A DNA stretch of 64,000 nt from Porphyromonadaceae bacterium (lineage in GTDB: Bacteria > Bacteroidota > Bacteroidia > Bacteroidales > Porphyromonadaceae), in NCBI GenBank assembly GCA_030528555.1, contig JAUMYQ010000003.1:44717-108716 (forward strand), given 5' to 3'. Shown here in pieces: positions 1 through 9,509 of this stretch. The notes below the pieces were generated by a model. The model worked only from the letters and a program-made list of their open reading frames with translations, did not search any database and was not told the origin of the DNA. Made by a program: the position numbers and the translations under genes. Numbering within the stretch: the first letter of the stretch is position 1; every line of letters starts with the position of its first letter.

Positions 1-741
1 CGCATCATCAAAAGTCCAATAGAGCGTGTGCAGATGCCTAGCGGTAGTGATATATGCGAGAAGCAGCTCTACAACCTTGCTAGTCGCCTAGAGCGTGTGG
101 AGCTAACGGAGGATGCGACCTTGGAGGAGTTTTTACCAGGCATACTTCGTAAGCTTGATTGGCTTGATAAGGAGGAGCTGGTGCGTAGGTTGATGCTGAT
201 GGAGTTTCGTCGTTTGCTCGACTACTACGAGAGTGTGGAGGATATCGAGGAGGTCGAGGAGCGCAAGGGCAAGGAGCGTGGAGAGAGTACCTCAACCAAG
301 AGAAATAGAGTAGCTGAGGCTGGTATGGTGAGGCTCTTTATCAATTTTGGTAAGATCGATGGGATGTTCCCCAATAAGCTCATTGAGCTAGTCAATAAGT
401 GTGTGCCTGGGGCGAGGGTTAAGATCGGTAAAATCGACCTGTTGCCCAAGTTTTCGTTCTTCGATGTGGACGAGATGGAGGCTGCCGATGTGGTGGAAGC
501 TATGAGCCGTTACGAGGTTAATGGACGTAGGATCTCGGTAGAGTTTGCCGATAAGCTGAGTGAGCAGCCTAAGGGGCGGAAGACCATTCGTCAGCCCCAT
601 GGTGAGGCTCGCCATAAGCAGCGTGATGAGAGTCGCTGGGCCACCAAGGAGAGAAAGTCCGCTCCCAAAGGTCGTAAGGGAAAGAAAGACGAGGGGACAT
701 TCTACGACAAGTTCACTTCTCGAGGCAAGGGGCGTAGATAG
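1..741 (+). CDS. DEAD/DEAH-box RNA helicase, C-terminal part (DbpA-type RNA-binding domain plus basic tail); 5' end outside the window
   Basis: Frame is open from base 1; RLFINFGKIDG...IGKIDLLPKFSFFDV matches the DbpA RNA-binding domain; K/R-rich tail. Confidence 0.85.
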   Translation, partial: RIIKSPIERVQMPSGSDICEKQLYNLASRLERVELTEDATLEEFLPGILRKLDWLDKEELVRRLMLMEFRRLLDYYESVEDIEEVEERKGKERGESTSTKRNRVAEAGMVRLFINFGKIDGMFPNKLIELVNKCVPGARVKIGKIDLLPKFSFFDVDEMEAADVVEAMSRYEVNGRRISVEFADKLSEQPKGRKTIRQPHGEARHKQRDESRWATKERKSAPKGRKGKKDEGTFYDKFTSRGKGRR

Positions 742-773
742 TTCGGGAAATATTCCGCACTATGTATGTAACT

Positions 774-807
774 AGGGGTATCTATCGAAACAGATAGATA
801 CCCCTTT
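774..807 (+). terminator. Intrinsic terminator after the helicase
   Basis: 13-bp perfect stem AGGGGTATCTATC/GATAGATACCCCT, 6-nt loop, short T run. Confidence 0.7.
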
Positions 808-886
808 GGCATGTAATCTGGGAGGTTCGTAGTAAAACCTATATCTATAATCTCAATGTGTTCTATATAGAGAAAGAGATTTCCTA

Positions 887-927
887 TTTGTAGCTGGGAG
901 GATGTAGGATATATTTATCTATCTTTG
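887..927 (+). promoter_or_regulatory. Bacteroidetes housekeeping promoter of the V-ATPase operon
   Basis: TTTG at 887-890 and TATCTTTG (TAnnTTTG) at 920-927, 60 bp before the ATG. Confidence 0.6.
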
Positions 928-986
928 TTAGGCTTGCTTTAATAAGCGATAATGATTGCTGTCGTATTTAATGAATATAAAATATT

Positions 987-1577
987 ATGGACTCAAAGAT
1001 TCAAGAACTGACCGCTAAGGTCTATAACGAAGGTGTGCAGAAAGGCAACGAAGAAGCCGCCAAAATACTTGCAGAGGCTAAGCAAAAGGCTCAAGAGATA
1101 GAGGCTCAGGCGCGCCAGCAGGCCGAAGAAATCCTACGCAATACGGAGAAGCGCACACAAGAGCTCCGCCAAAATACAGAAGGCGAACTCAAACTCTATG
1201 CAGGCCAAATGGTAGAGTCCGTAAAGTCCACTCTGCTAGACAAACTGAACGGTGAGATCGCCTCATCAAGCGTTCGTGCTGCGCTGGCAGACCCTGCTTT
1301 CATGCAGAAGGTCATCCTTGAGCTTGTGCAGGGCTTCGACTTAAACAAGGGAGTAGTCATCGAAACGGCACAAGCTGCCGAGCTCAAGGCTTATTTCGCC
1401 TCCACAGCCAAGGGAATCCTAGAGCAGGGACTCGAGATCAAGAGCGTTGCAGGCAAACCTGCCGACTTCGTGGTGAAACCTGCCGACGGTGCATTCAAGA
1501 TCCAGATTGGCGAGGCTGAGTTCATCGAGCTATTCAAAAATTTCCTACGCCCTCAGCTAGCCGAGATGCTATTTTAG
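987..1577 (+). CDS. atpE: V-type ATP synthase subunit E
   Basis: MDSKIQELTAKVYNEGVQKG start, coiled-coil N-terminus, first gene of the operon. Confidence 0.85.
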   Translation: MDSKIQELTAKVYNEGVQKGNEEAAKILAEAKQKAQEIEAQARQQAEEILRNTEKRTQELRQNTEGELKLYAGQMVESVKSTLLDKLNGEIASSSVRAALADPAFMQKVILELVQGFDLNKGVVIETAQAAELKAYFASTAKGILEQGLEIKSVAGKPADFVVKPADGAFKIQIGEAEFIELFKNFLRPQLAEMLF

Positions 1578-1610
1578 GTCGATATACAAACACTATAAAT
1601 AGCATCGCTA

Positions 1611-2525
1611 ATGGGTAAATACTACGCCTTAGTAGCAGGGTTGCCTATGCTGTCTGCAGACGGACACAAGCTACCCTATGAGCAAGAAGAGTTCTATCTA
1701 GAGCTACAGGACGTTCTTAGCTCCAAGGATAAGGAACTACTAGAGTGGCTACGCCTAGAGGATGCCAATAGAGAGCTACTTCGCTTGCACGAGCAGGACC
1801 TACTTCTGGTAGAGGAGAAAGAAGATGATCATGAGGAGCAGGTAGATACGCTCCTGCCCCTTGCAGCTCTGCGGCGCGTGGCACGCTCTGCGAGCCGTGG
1901 GGCTAAGGCTTCAAAGGAGACGGAGCTATCAGCCTACATGCAGGCATTTGTTTATGAGCTTTACTTCAAGGCTGAAGATGAGGACGAAGTAGGGGAGCAG
2001 GCTAAAAGCCCCCTCTCCCCCGAGGATCGACTTGCCCAACTCTATTATGCCGAGGCCAGCAAATCGAGCAACCAGTACCTAGCCGACTGGTTTAGGCTCA
2101 ATCAGACCATTCGCAACGTGATGGCTGTCTACACCTGCCGCCGTCTGGGCTGGTCGGTAGACGAATTTGTCGTAGGGGATAGCCATATCGAGCGTCAGCT
2201 ACGCTCTTCGCGCGCCAAGGACTTTGATTTGTCCGATGAGGTGCCTTATATCGGGCAGATCGTCCAAATTGCCGAGGAGGAAGATATTACTCGCCGTGAG
2301 CGCATGATAGACCTACTGAAGTGGAGGTGGCTCGATGACGAAACATTCGTCAAGGTTTTCGACATAGAGAACGTGCTTAGCTACTACATCCGCCTGGGTA
2401 TTATAGAGCGATGGCTCAAGCTAGACGAAAGGCAGGGCGAAGAGCAATTTCGCAGTATCGTCATGGGACTAAAGGCCGAGAGTAATGCATCACTCGACGA
2501 GTTCCGCCGCAGCACCAAGAAATAA
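1611..2525 (+). CDS. DUF2764-family protein (probable V-ATPase subunit C equivalent)
   Basis: YYALVAGLP N-terminus and FDIENVLSYYIRLGIIERW C-terminus; position between E and A. Confidence 0.8.
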   Translation: MGKYYALVAGLPMLSADGHKLPYEQEEFYLELQDVLSSKDKELLEWLRLEDANRELLRLHEQDLLLVEEKEDDHEEQVDTLLPLAALRRVARSASRGAKASKETELSAYMQAFVYELYFKAEDEDEVGEQAKSPLSPEDRLAQLYYAEASKSSNQYLADWFRLNQTIRNVMAVYTCRRLGWSVDEFVVGDSHIERQLRSSRAKDFDLSDEVPYIGQIVQIAEEEDITRRERMIDLLKWRWLDDETFVKVFDIENVLSYYIRLGIIERWLKLDERQGEEQFRSIVMGLKAESNASLDEFRRSTKK

Positions 2526-2552
2526 AACCAAACACCATTAAGTAATAATTGT

Positions 2553-3035
2553 ATGAATACCAAGGTTAAATGGGCAGCCTTGCTAGCTCTCGGTCTGATG
2601 CTCTTGGGTTGTCGCAAAGACGAACCCAAAGACAACGCTAAGCAAAATAAAACCGAAGTGGAGGAAACCAGTTTGTCTGGAAAGGCTTATGCTAATATCG
2701 CAAAGGAAGTAGAAACGGTTAGATACCGAGGCATGAATATTGTTTTTGGAGATGAGGGTGCTAAGGTTTATTACGCTCGGGAGAGCTATTCTCTGCCATA
2801 TCCGCCTGATTTCTTCTTTGGTTTTACGACCGTGAGGTATAGTTATGACCATAAGGCACGGACTATTTCGTTTAAGCAAGGGGATAAGCACGAGCAGGAG
2901 CTAGAGTTTAAGGATGTCGTAGGCACTACCGAAGGTAAGGGGCTGGAGCGCATCACGATCAAGTGGGGTGTAGAGCCCAATGTACAGACCATCGTCTTGC
3001 ACCGTATACCCATGCAGGAATATGCAACGAAATAA
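2553..3035 (+). CDS. Hypothetical lipoprotein within the V-ATPase operon
   Basis: Signal peptide with lipobox LLG-C followed by RKDEPKD; fills the gap between DUF2764 and subunit A. Confidence 0.75.
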   Translation: MNTKVKWAALLALGLMLLGCRKDEPKDNAKQNKTEVEETSLSGKAYANIAKEVETVRYRGMNIVFGDEGAKVYYARESYSLPYPPDFFFGFTTVRYSYDHKARTISFKQGDKHEQELEFKDVVGTTEGKGLERITIKWGVEPNVQTIVLHRIPMQEYATK

Positions 3036-3049
3036 ACAACATTATATAT

Positions 3050-4804
3050 ATGACAACAAAAGGTATTGTTAAGGGGATCGTATCCAATCTCGTAACCATC
3101 GAGGTGGATGGTCCCGTGGCGCAAAACGAAATTTGCTACATCACGGTCGCAGGGACGCCTCTGATGAGCGAAGTCATTAAGGTAATCGGCAAGAACGCCT
3201 ACGCGCAGGTCTTCGAGAGTACGCGTGGCATGCGCATCGGCGACCCTGTCGAGTTTAGGGGGCACATGCTCGAGGTAACCTTGGGGCCTGGGATGCTCGC
3301 CAAGAACTATGACGGCTTGCAGAACGACCTGGACAAGATGGATGGCGTCTTCCTACAGCGCGGGTCGTACACTTATCCGCTAGACGAAGACAAAAAGTGG
3401 GCATTCAAGCCCCTTGCTAAGGTAGGCGATAGGGTTACGGCAGGGAGCTGGCTCGGTGAGGTCGATGAGAACTACCAGCCACACAAGATCATGGTACCAT
3501 TCGTCCTCGAGGGTAACTATGTAATCAAAGAACTCAAGGGCGAAGGCTCATATACGGTAAAGGAAACCATCGCTACCCTAACGGACGAAGACGGCAAGGA
3601 TATTGATGTGACTATGGAGCAGAAGTGGCCAGTGAAGAAGGCAATACAATGCTACCGCGAGAAGCCACGCCCCTTCAAGCTCCTAGAGACAGGCGTGCGT
3701 GTCATAGATACTTTGAACCCGATCGTAGAGGGAGGCACGGGTTTCATCCCTGGTCCCTTCGGTACTGGTAAGACGGTGCTACAGCACGCCATTAGCAAGC
3801 AGGCGGAAGCGGATATCGTAATTATCGCAGCCTGTGGTGAGCGCGCCAATGAGGTAGTAGAGATCTTCAAGGAGTTCCCCGAATTGCTCGACCCCCATAC
3901 TGGTCGCCACCTGATGGAGCGTACCATCATCATTGCCAATACCTCCAACATGCCCGTAGCTGCTCGCGAAGCGTCCGTTTATACGGCCATGACGATTGCA
4001 GAGTACTACCGTTCGATGGGGCTCAAGGTCCTTCTGATGGCAGACTCTACTAGTCGCTGGGCGCAGGCACTGCGTGAGATGAGTAACCGTCTGGAGGAAT
4101 TGCCCGGGCCTGATGCTTTCCCTATGGACCTATCGGCTATTGTGGCGAACTTCTATGCTCGTGCTGGTTTCGTATACCTTAATAATGGCAAAACTGGTTC
4201 GGTAACCTTCATCGGTACCGTGTCGCCTGCGGGAGGTAACCTCAAAGAGCCCGTAACGGAGAACACCAAGAAGGTAGCTCGCTGCTTCTACGCCCTAGAG
4301 CAGGAGCGTGCCGACCGTAAGAGGTACCCTGCGGTAAATCCCATTGATAGTTACTCCAAGTACCTCGAGTATCCCGAGTTTAAGGAGTATGTAGCCGAGC
4401 GCATAGGTACTGGCTGGGTAGAGAAAGTAGGCGAGATGAAGCAACGCCTCCAGCAGGGTAAGGAAATCGCCGAGCAGATAAACATCCTTGGGGATGATGG
4501 TGTGCCCTTGGAGTACCACATTACGTTCTGGAAGGCGGAGCTCATCGACTTTGTGATACTCCAGCAGGATGCTTTCGATGCCATTGACTGCAATTGCCCG
4601 ATAGAGCGCCAGGAGTACATGGTAGCTCATGTCATTAAGGTATGTAATACGGAGTTTGAGTTCGATAGCTTTGCTGAGGTAGCTGGCTACTTCAAGGAGA
4701 TGATCAATGCCTTCAAGCAGATGAACTATGCCGAGTATCAGAGCGAGGACTTCCAAAAAGCAGAGCAGCAGATGCTAGAGATCGTGAACCAACGTGCTAA
4801 ATAG
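3050..4804 (+). CDS. atpA: V-type ATP synthase subunit A (NtpA)
   Basis: Walker A GPFGTGKT, ACGERANE, ADSTSRWAQALRE; start moved to ATG 3050 (MTTKGIV). Confidence 0.97.
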   Translation: MTTKGIVKGIVSNLVTIEVDGPVAQNEICYITVAGTPLMSEVIKVIGKNAYAQVFESTRGMRIGDPVEFRGHMLEVTLGPGMLAKNYDGLQNDLDKMDGVFLQRGSYTYPLDEDKKWAFKPLAKVGDRVTAGSWLGEVDENYQPHKIMVPFVLEGNYVIKELKGEGSYTVKETIATLTDEDGKDIDVTMEQKWPVKKAIQCYREKPRPFKLLETGVRVIDTLNPIVEGGTGFIPGPFGTGKTVLQHAISKQAEADIVIIAACGERANEVVEIFKEFPELLDPHTGRHLMERTIIIANTSNMPVAAREASVYTAMTIAEYYRSMGLKVLLMADSTSRWAQALREMSNRLEELPGPDAFPMDLSAIVANFYARAGFVYLNNGKTGSVTFIGTVSPAGGNLKEPVTENTKKVARCFYALEQERADRKRYPAVNPIDSYSKYLEYPEFKEYVAERIGTGWVEKVGEMKQRLQQGKEIAEQINILGDDGVPLEYHITFWKAELIDFVILQQDAFDAIDCNCPIERQEYMVAHVIKVCNTEFEFDSFAEVAGYFKEMINAFKQMNYAEYQSEDFQKAEQQMLEIVNQRAK

Positions 4805-4812
4805 ATTAGGCT

Positions 4813-6135
4813 ATGACAGTAAAAGCATTTCAGAAGATATATACGAAGATTAGCAATATAACCAAGGCGACATGTATGCTCCATGCTACGGGCGTGGGCA
4901 ACGAGGAGCTCGCAACCATCGATGGTCGTCTGGCGCAGGTGGTACGTATCATGGGCGACGAAGTAACTCTGCAGGTATTTGGTGGTACGGAAGGGATCGC
5001 AACCAATGCCGAAGTGGTTTTTCTCGGCAAGTCCCCCTCGCTAAGGGTAGGGGAGCAGCTCGTAGGGAGGTTCTTCAATGCCTACGGGGAGCCGATTGAC
5101 GGTGGCCCCGAGGTAACGGGCAAAGAAATCGAGATTGGTGGCCCATCGGTAAACCCTGTGCGCCGAGAGCAACCCTCCGAGTTAATTGCTACAGGTATAG
5201 CGGGTATCGACCTAAACAATACCCTCGTGACGGGACAGAAGATACCTTTCTTCGCAGACCCAGACCAGCCGTTCAACGAGGTAATGGCTATGGTGGCTTT
5301 GCGAGCAAAGAGCGACAAAATCATCCTTGGAGGCATGGGTATGACCAATGATGACTATCTTTTCTTCAAGAATACGTTCAGCAACGCAGGAGCTCTCGAC
5401 CGCATCATCAGCTTTATCAACACCACCGAAGACCCTTCTGTAGAGAGGCTGCTTATTCCCGACATGGCGCTGGCTGCTGCCGAATACTTCTCCGTAGAGA
5501 AAAAAGAAAAAGTACTGGTACTCCTGACCGATATGACGAACTATGCCGACGCACTGGCTATCGTATCGAACCGTATGGACCAGATTCCCTCGAAGGACGC
5601 TATGCCAGGCTCGCTGTACTCGGACCTTGCCAAGATTTACGAGAAGGCTGTGCAGTTTCCCGACGGAGGTTCGATTACGATCATAGCCGTTACGACCCTC
5701 TCTGGTGGCGACATCACGCACGCTGTGCCCGACAATACGGGTTATATCACCGAGGGGCAGCTTTATCTGCGTAGGGACACGAACGTAGGTAAGGTGATTG
5801 TCGACCCCTTCCGCTCCCTTTCGCGCCTCAAGCAGCTTGTGATTGGTAAGAAGACGCGCGAAGATCACCCACAGGTGATGAATGCTGCCGTACGCCTATT
5901 CTCCGATGCCGCAGGGGCGCAGACAAAGATGGAGAATGGCTTCGATCTGACCGATTATGACGAACGTGCGCTCAGCTTCGCCGATGATTACTCGCGCGAG
6001 CTATTGGCTATTGACGTGAATGTAGATACGGGCGAGATGCTTGATACTGCCTGGAGGCTCTTTGGTAAGCACTTTAAGCCCGCAGAGGTTAATATCAAGC
6101 AGCAGCTTGTAGATACATATTGGCCTAAGGTTTAG
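4813..6135 (+). CDS. atpB: V-type ATP synthase subunit B (NtpB)
   Basis: GQKIPFF, LTDMTNYADAL, PDNTGYITEGQ, SLSRLKQ motifs. Confidence 0.97.
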   Translation: MTVKAFQKIYTKISNITKATCMLHATGVGNEELATIDGRLAQVVRIMGDEVTLQVFGGTEGIATNAEVVFLGKSPSLRVGEQLVGRFFNAYGEPIDGGPEVTGKEIEIGGPSVNPVRREQPSELIATGIAGIDLNNTLVTGQKIPFFADPDQPFNEVMAMVALRAKSDKIILGGMGMTNDDYLFFKNTFSNAGALDRIISFINTTEDPSVERLLIPDMALAAAEYFSVEKKEKVLVLLTDMTNYADALAIVSNRMDQIPSKDAMPGSLYSDLAKIYEKAVQFPDGGSITIIAVTTLSGGDITHAVPDNTGYITEGQLYLRRDTNVGKVIVDPFRSLSRLKQLVIGKKTREDHPQVMNAAVRLFSDAAGAQTKMENGFDLTDYDERALSFADDYSRELLAIDVNVDTGEMLDTAWRLFGKHFKPAEVNIKQQLVDTYWPKV

Positions 6136-6165
6136 GCTAAAATGAGTAACCTCCCAGCTTTGGGT

Positions 6166-6251
6166 AGCACCCTATACTGGGTGCAAGTGCACCGACTAAT
6201 GGGTGCGGACGCACGGTATATAGGGTGCAAATGCACCCATTAATGGGTGCT
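6166..6251. repeat. 22-bp-period dyad array of alternating GCACCC/GGGTGC half-sites
   Basis: GGGTGC at 6179, 6201, 6223, 6245; GCACCC/GCACCG/GCACGG at 6167, 6189, 6211, 6233. Confidence 0.9.
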
Positions 6252-6440
6252 CAAGGAAGGGATTAGCTTAAACCGAAAGTCTGCTAGTATAATAGATTTA
6301 GTCAGCTACTAAATAGGTCAAATAGGTGGCATTGCGGCGGCTTGTGCTGGGTGCTGAGCTTTAGAGGGGAGTGTGCCGCGATGCACACCTTAGTTAGTGT
6401 GTTTTAGTAATTAGATTGTAGTATTATTAATCATCGAAGT

Positions 6441-6956
6441 ATGGCTATCAAGTACAGAGTGCTTACGCGAGAAGTGCTTCTCGGTAAGGATAAGGGCAAG
6501 AGAATGCAGTTTGCCCAGTCGATCACGACAAACAAGATAACGTTTAAGCGTTTTTGTGAGGAGATTGCCGACGGAAGTACGGTGGGGAGCGCCGATGTCA
6601 AGGCGGTGCTAGACCGCATGGTTACGGTGCTACGCCGACATATGCAGGATGGCGAGAGCGTGGACTGCGGTGAGCTCGGGACGTTTACCCCTACGTTCGG
6701 TTCGTCTGGCGTGCCAGAGGGCGAGGACTTCACTGCTAAGGCAAGCATCCGCGATCCGAAGATTTCGTTCCGTCCAAAGCCAGCGTTCAAGGCCCTTACG
6801 GGGGTTAGGTTTGAGCGTATTAGTGCTGAGGAAGAGGCTCTGCGCAGCGCAGCAACTGCCAAGAAAAAGGGCAAGAAGCCTAACGAAGGCGGAGGTAGTG
6901 GCTCGGCTTCGGGAGGTAGCTCCTCGACCGACACTCCCGACCACGCAGGGCTATAA
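6441..6956 (+). CDS. HU-domain DNA-binding protein (Bacteroidetes HU-like / HU-HIG type)
   Basis: ADVKAVLD...GESVDCGELGTFTP...KISFRP resembles the HU fold; Gly/Ser-rich tail typical of this paralog family. Confidence 0.85.
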   Translation: MAIKYRVLTREVLLGKDKGKRMQFAQSITTNKITFKRFCEEIADGSTVGSADVKAVLDRMVTVLRRHMQDGESVDCGELGTFTPTFGSSGVPEGEDFTAKASIRDPKISFRPKPAFKALTGVRFERISAEEEALRSAATAKKKGKKPNEGGGSGSASGGSSSTDTPDHAGL

Positions 6957-7052
6957 CCATGCGTGAGCCGGCAATATCCTACCTGCTACATTCATGTTGC
7001 ACACTGCTGCTGGCAGGAAGCAACTAATAAGTTCGCAAGAACATAGATAGAA

Positions 7053-7670
7053 ATGGCTATAAAGTTTCAGTATAACAAGACTTCGCTTCAGCAACAGGAG
7101 AAAAACCTGAAGATGCGCGTGCGCACCTTGCCTACAATTAAGAGCAAGGAGAGCGCACTGCGCCAGCAGGTGAAGCAAACCAAGCGAGAGGTCGAGGCAT
7201 TGGAACTAAAGCTCGAAGAAGATATTCGTGGCTATCAGAGCATGATGAGTTTATGGGATGAGTTCAATCCCGAACTTATTCGTGTGGATCGCGTAGACCT
7301 ATCGGTGCGTAAGGTAGCGGGCGTGGTATTGCCCGTTCTGGACGACATCCACTACGAGATCAAGCCCTTCAGCATTTTTAATGCACCCTCGTGGTACGCT
7401 CAGGGTATTGATTTGCTCAAAACCTTGGCCACTACGGGCATACAGGCCGAGTTCCTTCGCCTAAAGATGGAGTTCCTCGAGCACGCCCGTAAGAAAACCA
7501 CGCAGAAGGTTAATCTATTCGAGAAAGTTCAGATACCCGGCTATCAGGACGCAATACGTAAAATCAAGCGCTTCCTAGAGGACGAAGAGAGCCTATCGAA
7601 AAGCTCGCAGAAGATCATGCGTGCCAATCTGGAGAAGCGTGCGCAAAAAGAAGAGGAGGAAGCCGTATGA
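7053..7670 (+). CDS. atpD: V-type ATP synthase subunit D (NtpD)
   Basis: LPTIKSKESAL and KTTQKVNLFEKVQIP motifs. Confidence 0.95.
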   Translation: MAIKFQYNKTSLQQQEKNLKMRVRTLPTIKSKESALRQQVKQTKREVEALELKLEEDIRGYQSMMSLWDEFNPELIRVDRVDLSVRKVAGVVLPVLDDIHYEIKPFSIFNAPSWYAQGIDLLKTLATTGIQAEFLRLKMEFLEHARKKTTQKVNLFEKVQIPGYQDAIRKIKRFLEDEESLSKSSQKIMRANLEKRAQKEEEEAV

Positions 7671-9466
7671 TACAACGAATGAGCAAATACTCCTTCGTCA
7701 TCTACCATCGTGAGTACGAGGAGTTCCTTCTAGAGCTAAGGGAGCTGGGTGTGGTTCACATCACCCAGCGTAATAACCCCAAGGAGGTGGATCATCTCAA
7801 AGCCATGCTCGATCGGCGCGCGCATCTGGTAGCTCTCAGGCGCACCCTAGCAGATTATCTGCCAGAGGATATGCCCGAGCCAGAGTACCTGCCCGAGATC
7901 AGCGAGCAGGCAGGCGAGGCAGTGGTACAGAGCCTAGAGGAGGCTCTAGCACAGCGCAGCAAAACGCTCTCGAGCATACAGCTTAAGCGCCAAGAGATTG
8001 CCGAGCAGGAGATTTGGGGCAACTTCGAGCCAGTAGAGACAGAGCGTCTAGGCGAGGCCGGCTACCATTTGGCTTTCTACGCCATGCCTGCCACGGCCTT
8101 CACTGAGGATTATCGGGCAGAGTATGAGGCTATCGCTATCGCTCGTAGTGGTGCCAATCAGTACTTCGTTCGCTTGGAGCGGGCAGGTACCCCCCCCGCA
8201 CCCGATGCCGAGGCGATCAAGCCCCCTACCCGTAGCCTTACCGCCCTAAGGCAGGACCTCACCGCCCTGGAGCAGCAACTCAAGGCGGAGGACGAGGCAC
8301 TGCGCGCCACGGCACCAGCTAGGTTCATCGACCTTAAGGCCTACGATAAAGTTATATCCGATAGCTATATGCTCGGTGCGGCACGCCTTCAGGCCGTGGG
8401 CGAGGCAGATGACAAGCTGATGCTCCTAGAGGGCTGGGTGCCCACAGCAGGAGCAGCGGCTATGGAGCAGGCTCTTAGCCAAACAGGCTACTACTACCAG
8501 CAGGTAGAGATAGTCGATGAGGATAAGATCCCAGTACTTCTGAAGAATAACTTCTTTGCTCGTCTTTTTGAGCCGATTACTTCGATGTTTTCGCTGCCTA
8601 ACTACAGCGAGATCGACCAGACAGCGCTCTTCGCTCCATTCTTCTTGCTCTTCTTTGGCCTTTGCTTCGGTGACGGAGGTTATGGGTTGCTGGTTTTTGT
8701 CCTTGCGACAATCTACCGCATCAAGACCAAAGACGGCAAAGATATGGCGCGCCTGCTCCAATGGTTGGGCGGTGGTGCGTTTGTCATCGGCCTGTTGATG
8801 GGGACGTTCTTCGGTGTCACTCTCGGGTATGCCAAAGCGGAGGATTACTTCCTCAATCAAGACAATTTGATGAAGCTGTCGGTCGTACTCGGGCTTATTC
8901 AGATCTTCTTTGCCAAAGGGGTGGCAGCGTATAAGATTAAGGTGCAGCGCGGAGTGAAGTATTCGCTCGCGCCCTTCGCGTGGATCTCGATGCTCTTGGG
9001 GCTGGGTGCTATGGTGCTCCTACCTCGTTTGGAGCTGGAGCTACCTGCTTTCGTACCTTATATTATATACGGTATCGTCGGCGTGTCTGCCCTCGTGGCA
9101 TTCTTCTACAATATGCCGGGCAAGAACCCATTCCTTAACTTCGGCGCGGCACTATGGACGGCCTACAACATGGCATCTGGCCTACTGGGAGATACCCTCT
9201 CCTACATCCGTCTATTTGCCATCGGACTGACGGGCGGTATCCTCGGAGGCGTATTCAACCAGCTTGCCGTAGAGCAGACCGAGGGTTTGCCTTGGCTGGT
9301 GCGTGTGCCGATGATGCTCCTAATCCTTCTGGTTGGCCACGGGCTAAATATCAGCTTGGCGATGATTAGTTCGTTCGTTCATCCGCTTCGTCTTACCTTT
9401 GTTGAGTTCTATAAGAATAGCGAGTTTGAGGGTGGCGGTAAGGCCTATCAACCTCTCAAGAAATAA
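7667..9466 (+). CDS. atpI: V-type ATP synthase subunit I (a)
   Basis: P-x-Y-x-EID, FFGLCFGDGGYG, DTLSYIRLFA, HPLRLTFVEF; hydrophobic C-terminal half. Confidence 0.95.
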   Translation: MIQRMSKYSFVIYHREYEEFLLELRELGVVHITQRNNPKEVDHLKAMLDRRAHLVALRRTLADYLPEDMPEPEYLPEISEQAGEAVVQSLEEALAQRSKTLSSIQLKRQEIAEQEIWGNFEPVETERLGEAGYHLAFYAMPATAFTEDYRAEYEAIAIARSGANQYFVRLERAGTPPAPDAEAIKPPTRSLTALRQDLTALEQQLKAEDEALRATAPARFIDLKAYDKVISDSYMLGAARLQAVGEADDKLMLLEGWVPTAGAAAMEQALSQTGYYYQQVEIVDEDKIPVLLKNNFFARLFEPITSMFSLPNYSEIDQTALFAPFFLLFFGLCFGDGGYGLLVFVLATIYRIKTKDGKDMARLLQWLGGGAFVIGLLMGTFFGVTLGYAKAEDYFLNQDNLMKLSVVLGLIQIFFAKGVAAYKIKVQRGVKYSLAPFAWISMLLGLGAMVLLPRLELELPAFVPYIIYGIVGVSALVAFFYNMPGKNPFLNFGAALWTAYNMASGLLGDTLSYIRLFAIGLTGGILGGVFNQLAVEQTEGLPWLVRVPMMLLILLVGHGLNISLAMISSFVHPLRLTFVEFYKNSEFEGGGKAYQPLKK

Positions 9467-9509
9467 TTAAAAACAAAATCAAATAAACAACCTAAAAAGT
9501 TTTATCAGT

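Noticed and set aside
741-760. Single GTTCGGGAA core after the helicase stop (also near 36633)
   Set aside because: Isolated short match without 22-bp periodic neighbours; expected by chance
2963-3049. N-terminal extension of V-ATPase A in the ORF track
   Set aside because: Overlaps the lipoprotein gene; the homolog-like start is MTTKG at 3050
6431-6934. 167-aa antisense ORF
   Set aside because: Shadow of the HU-like gene on the opposite strand with no recognisable motif
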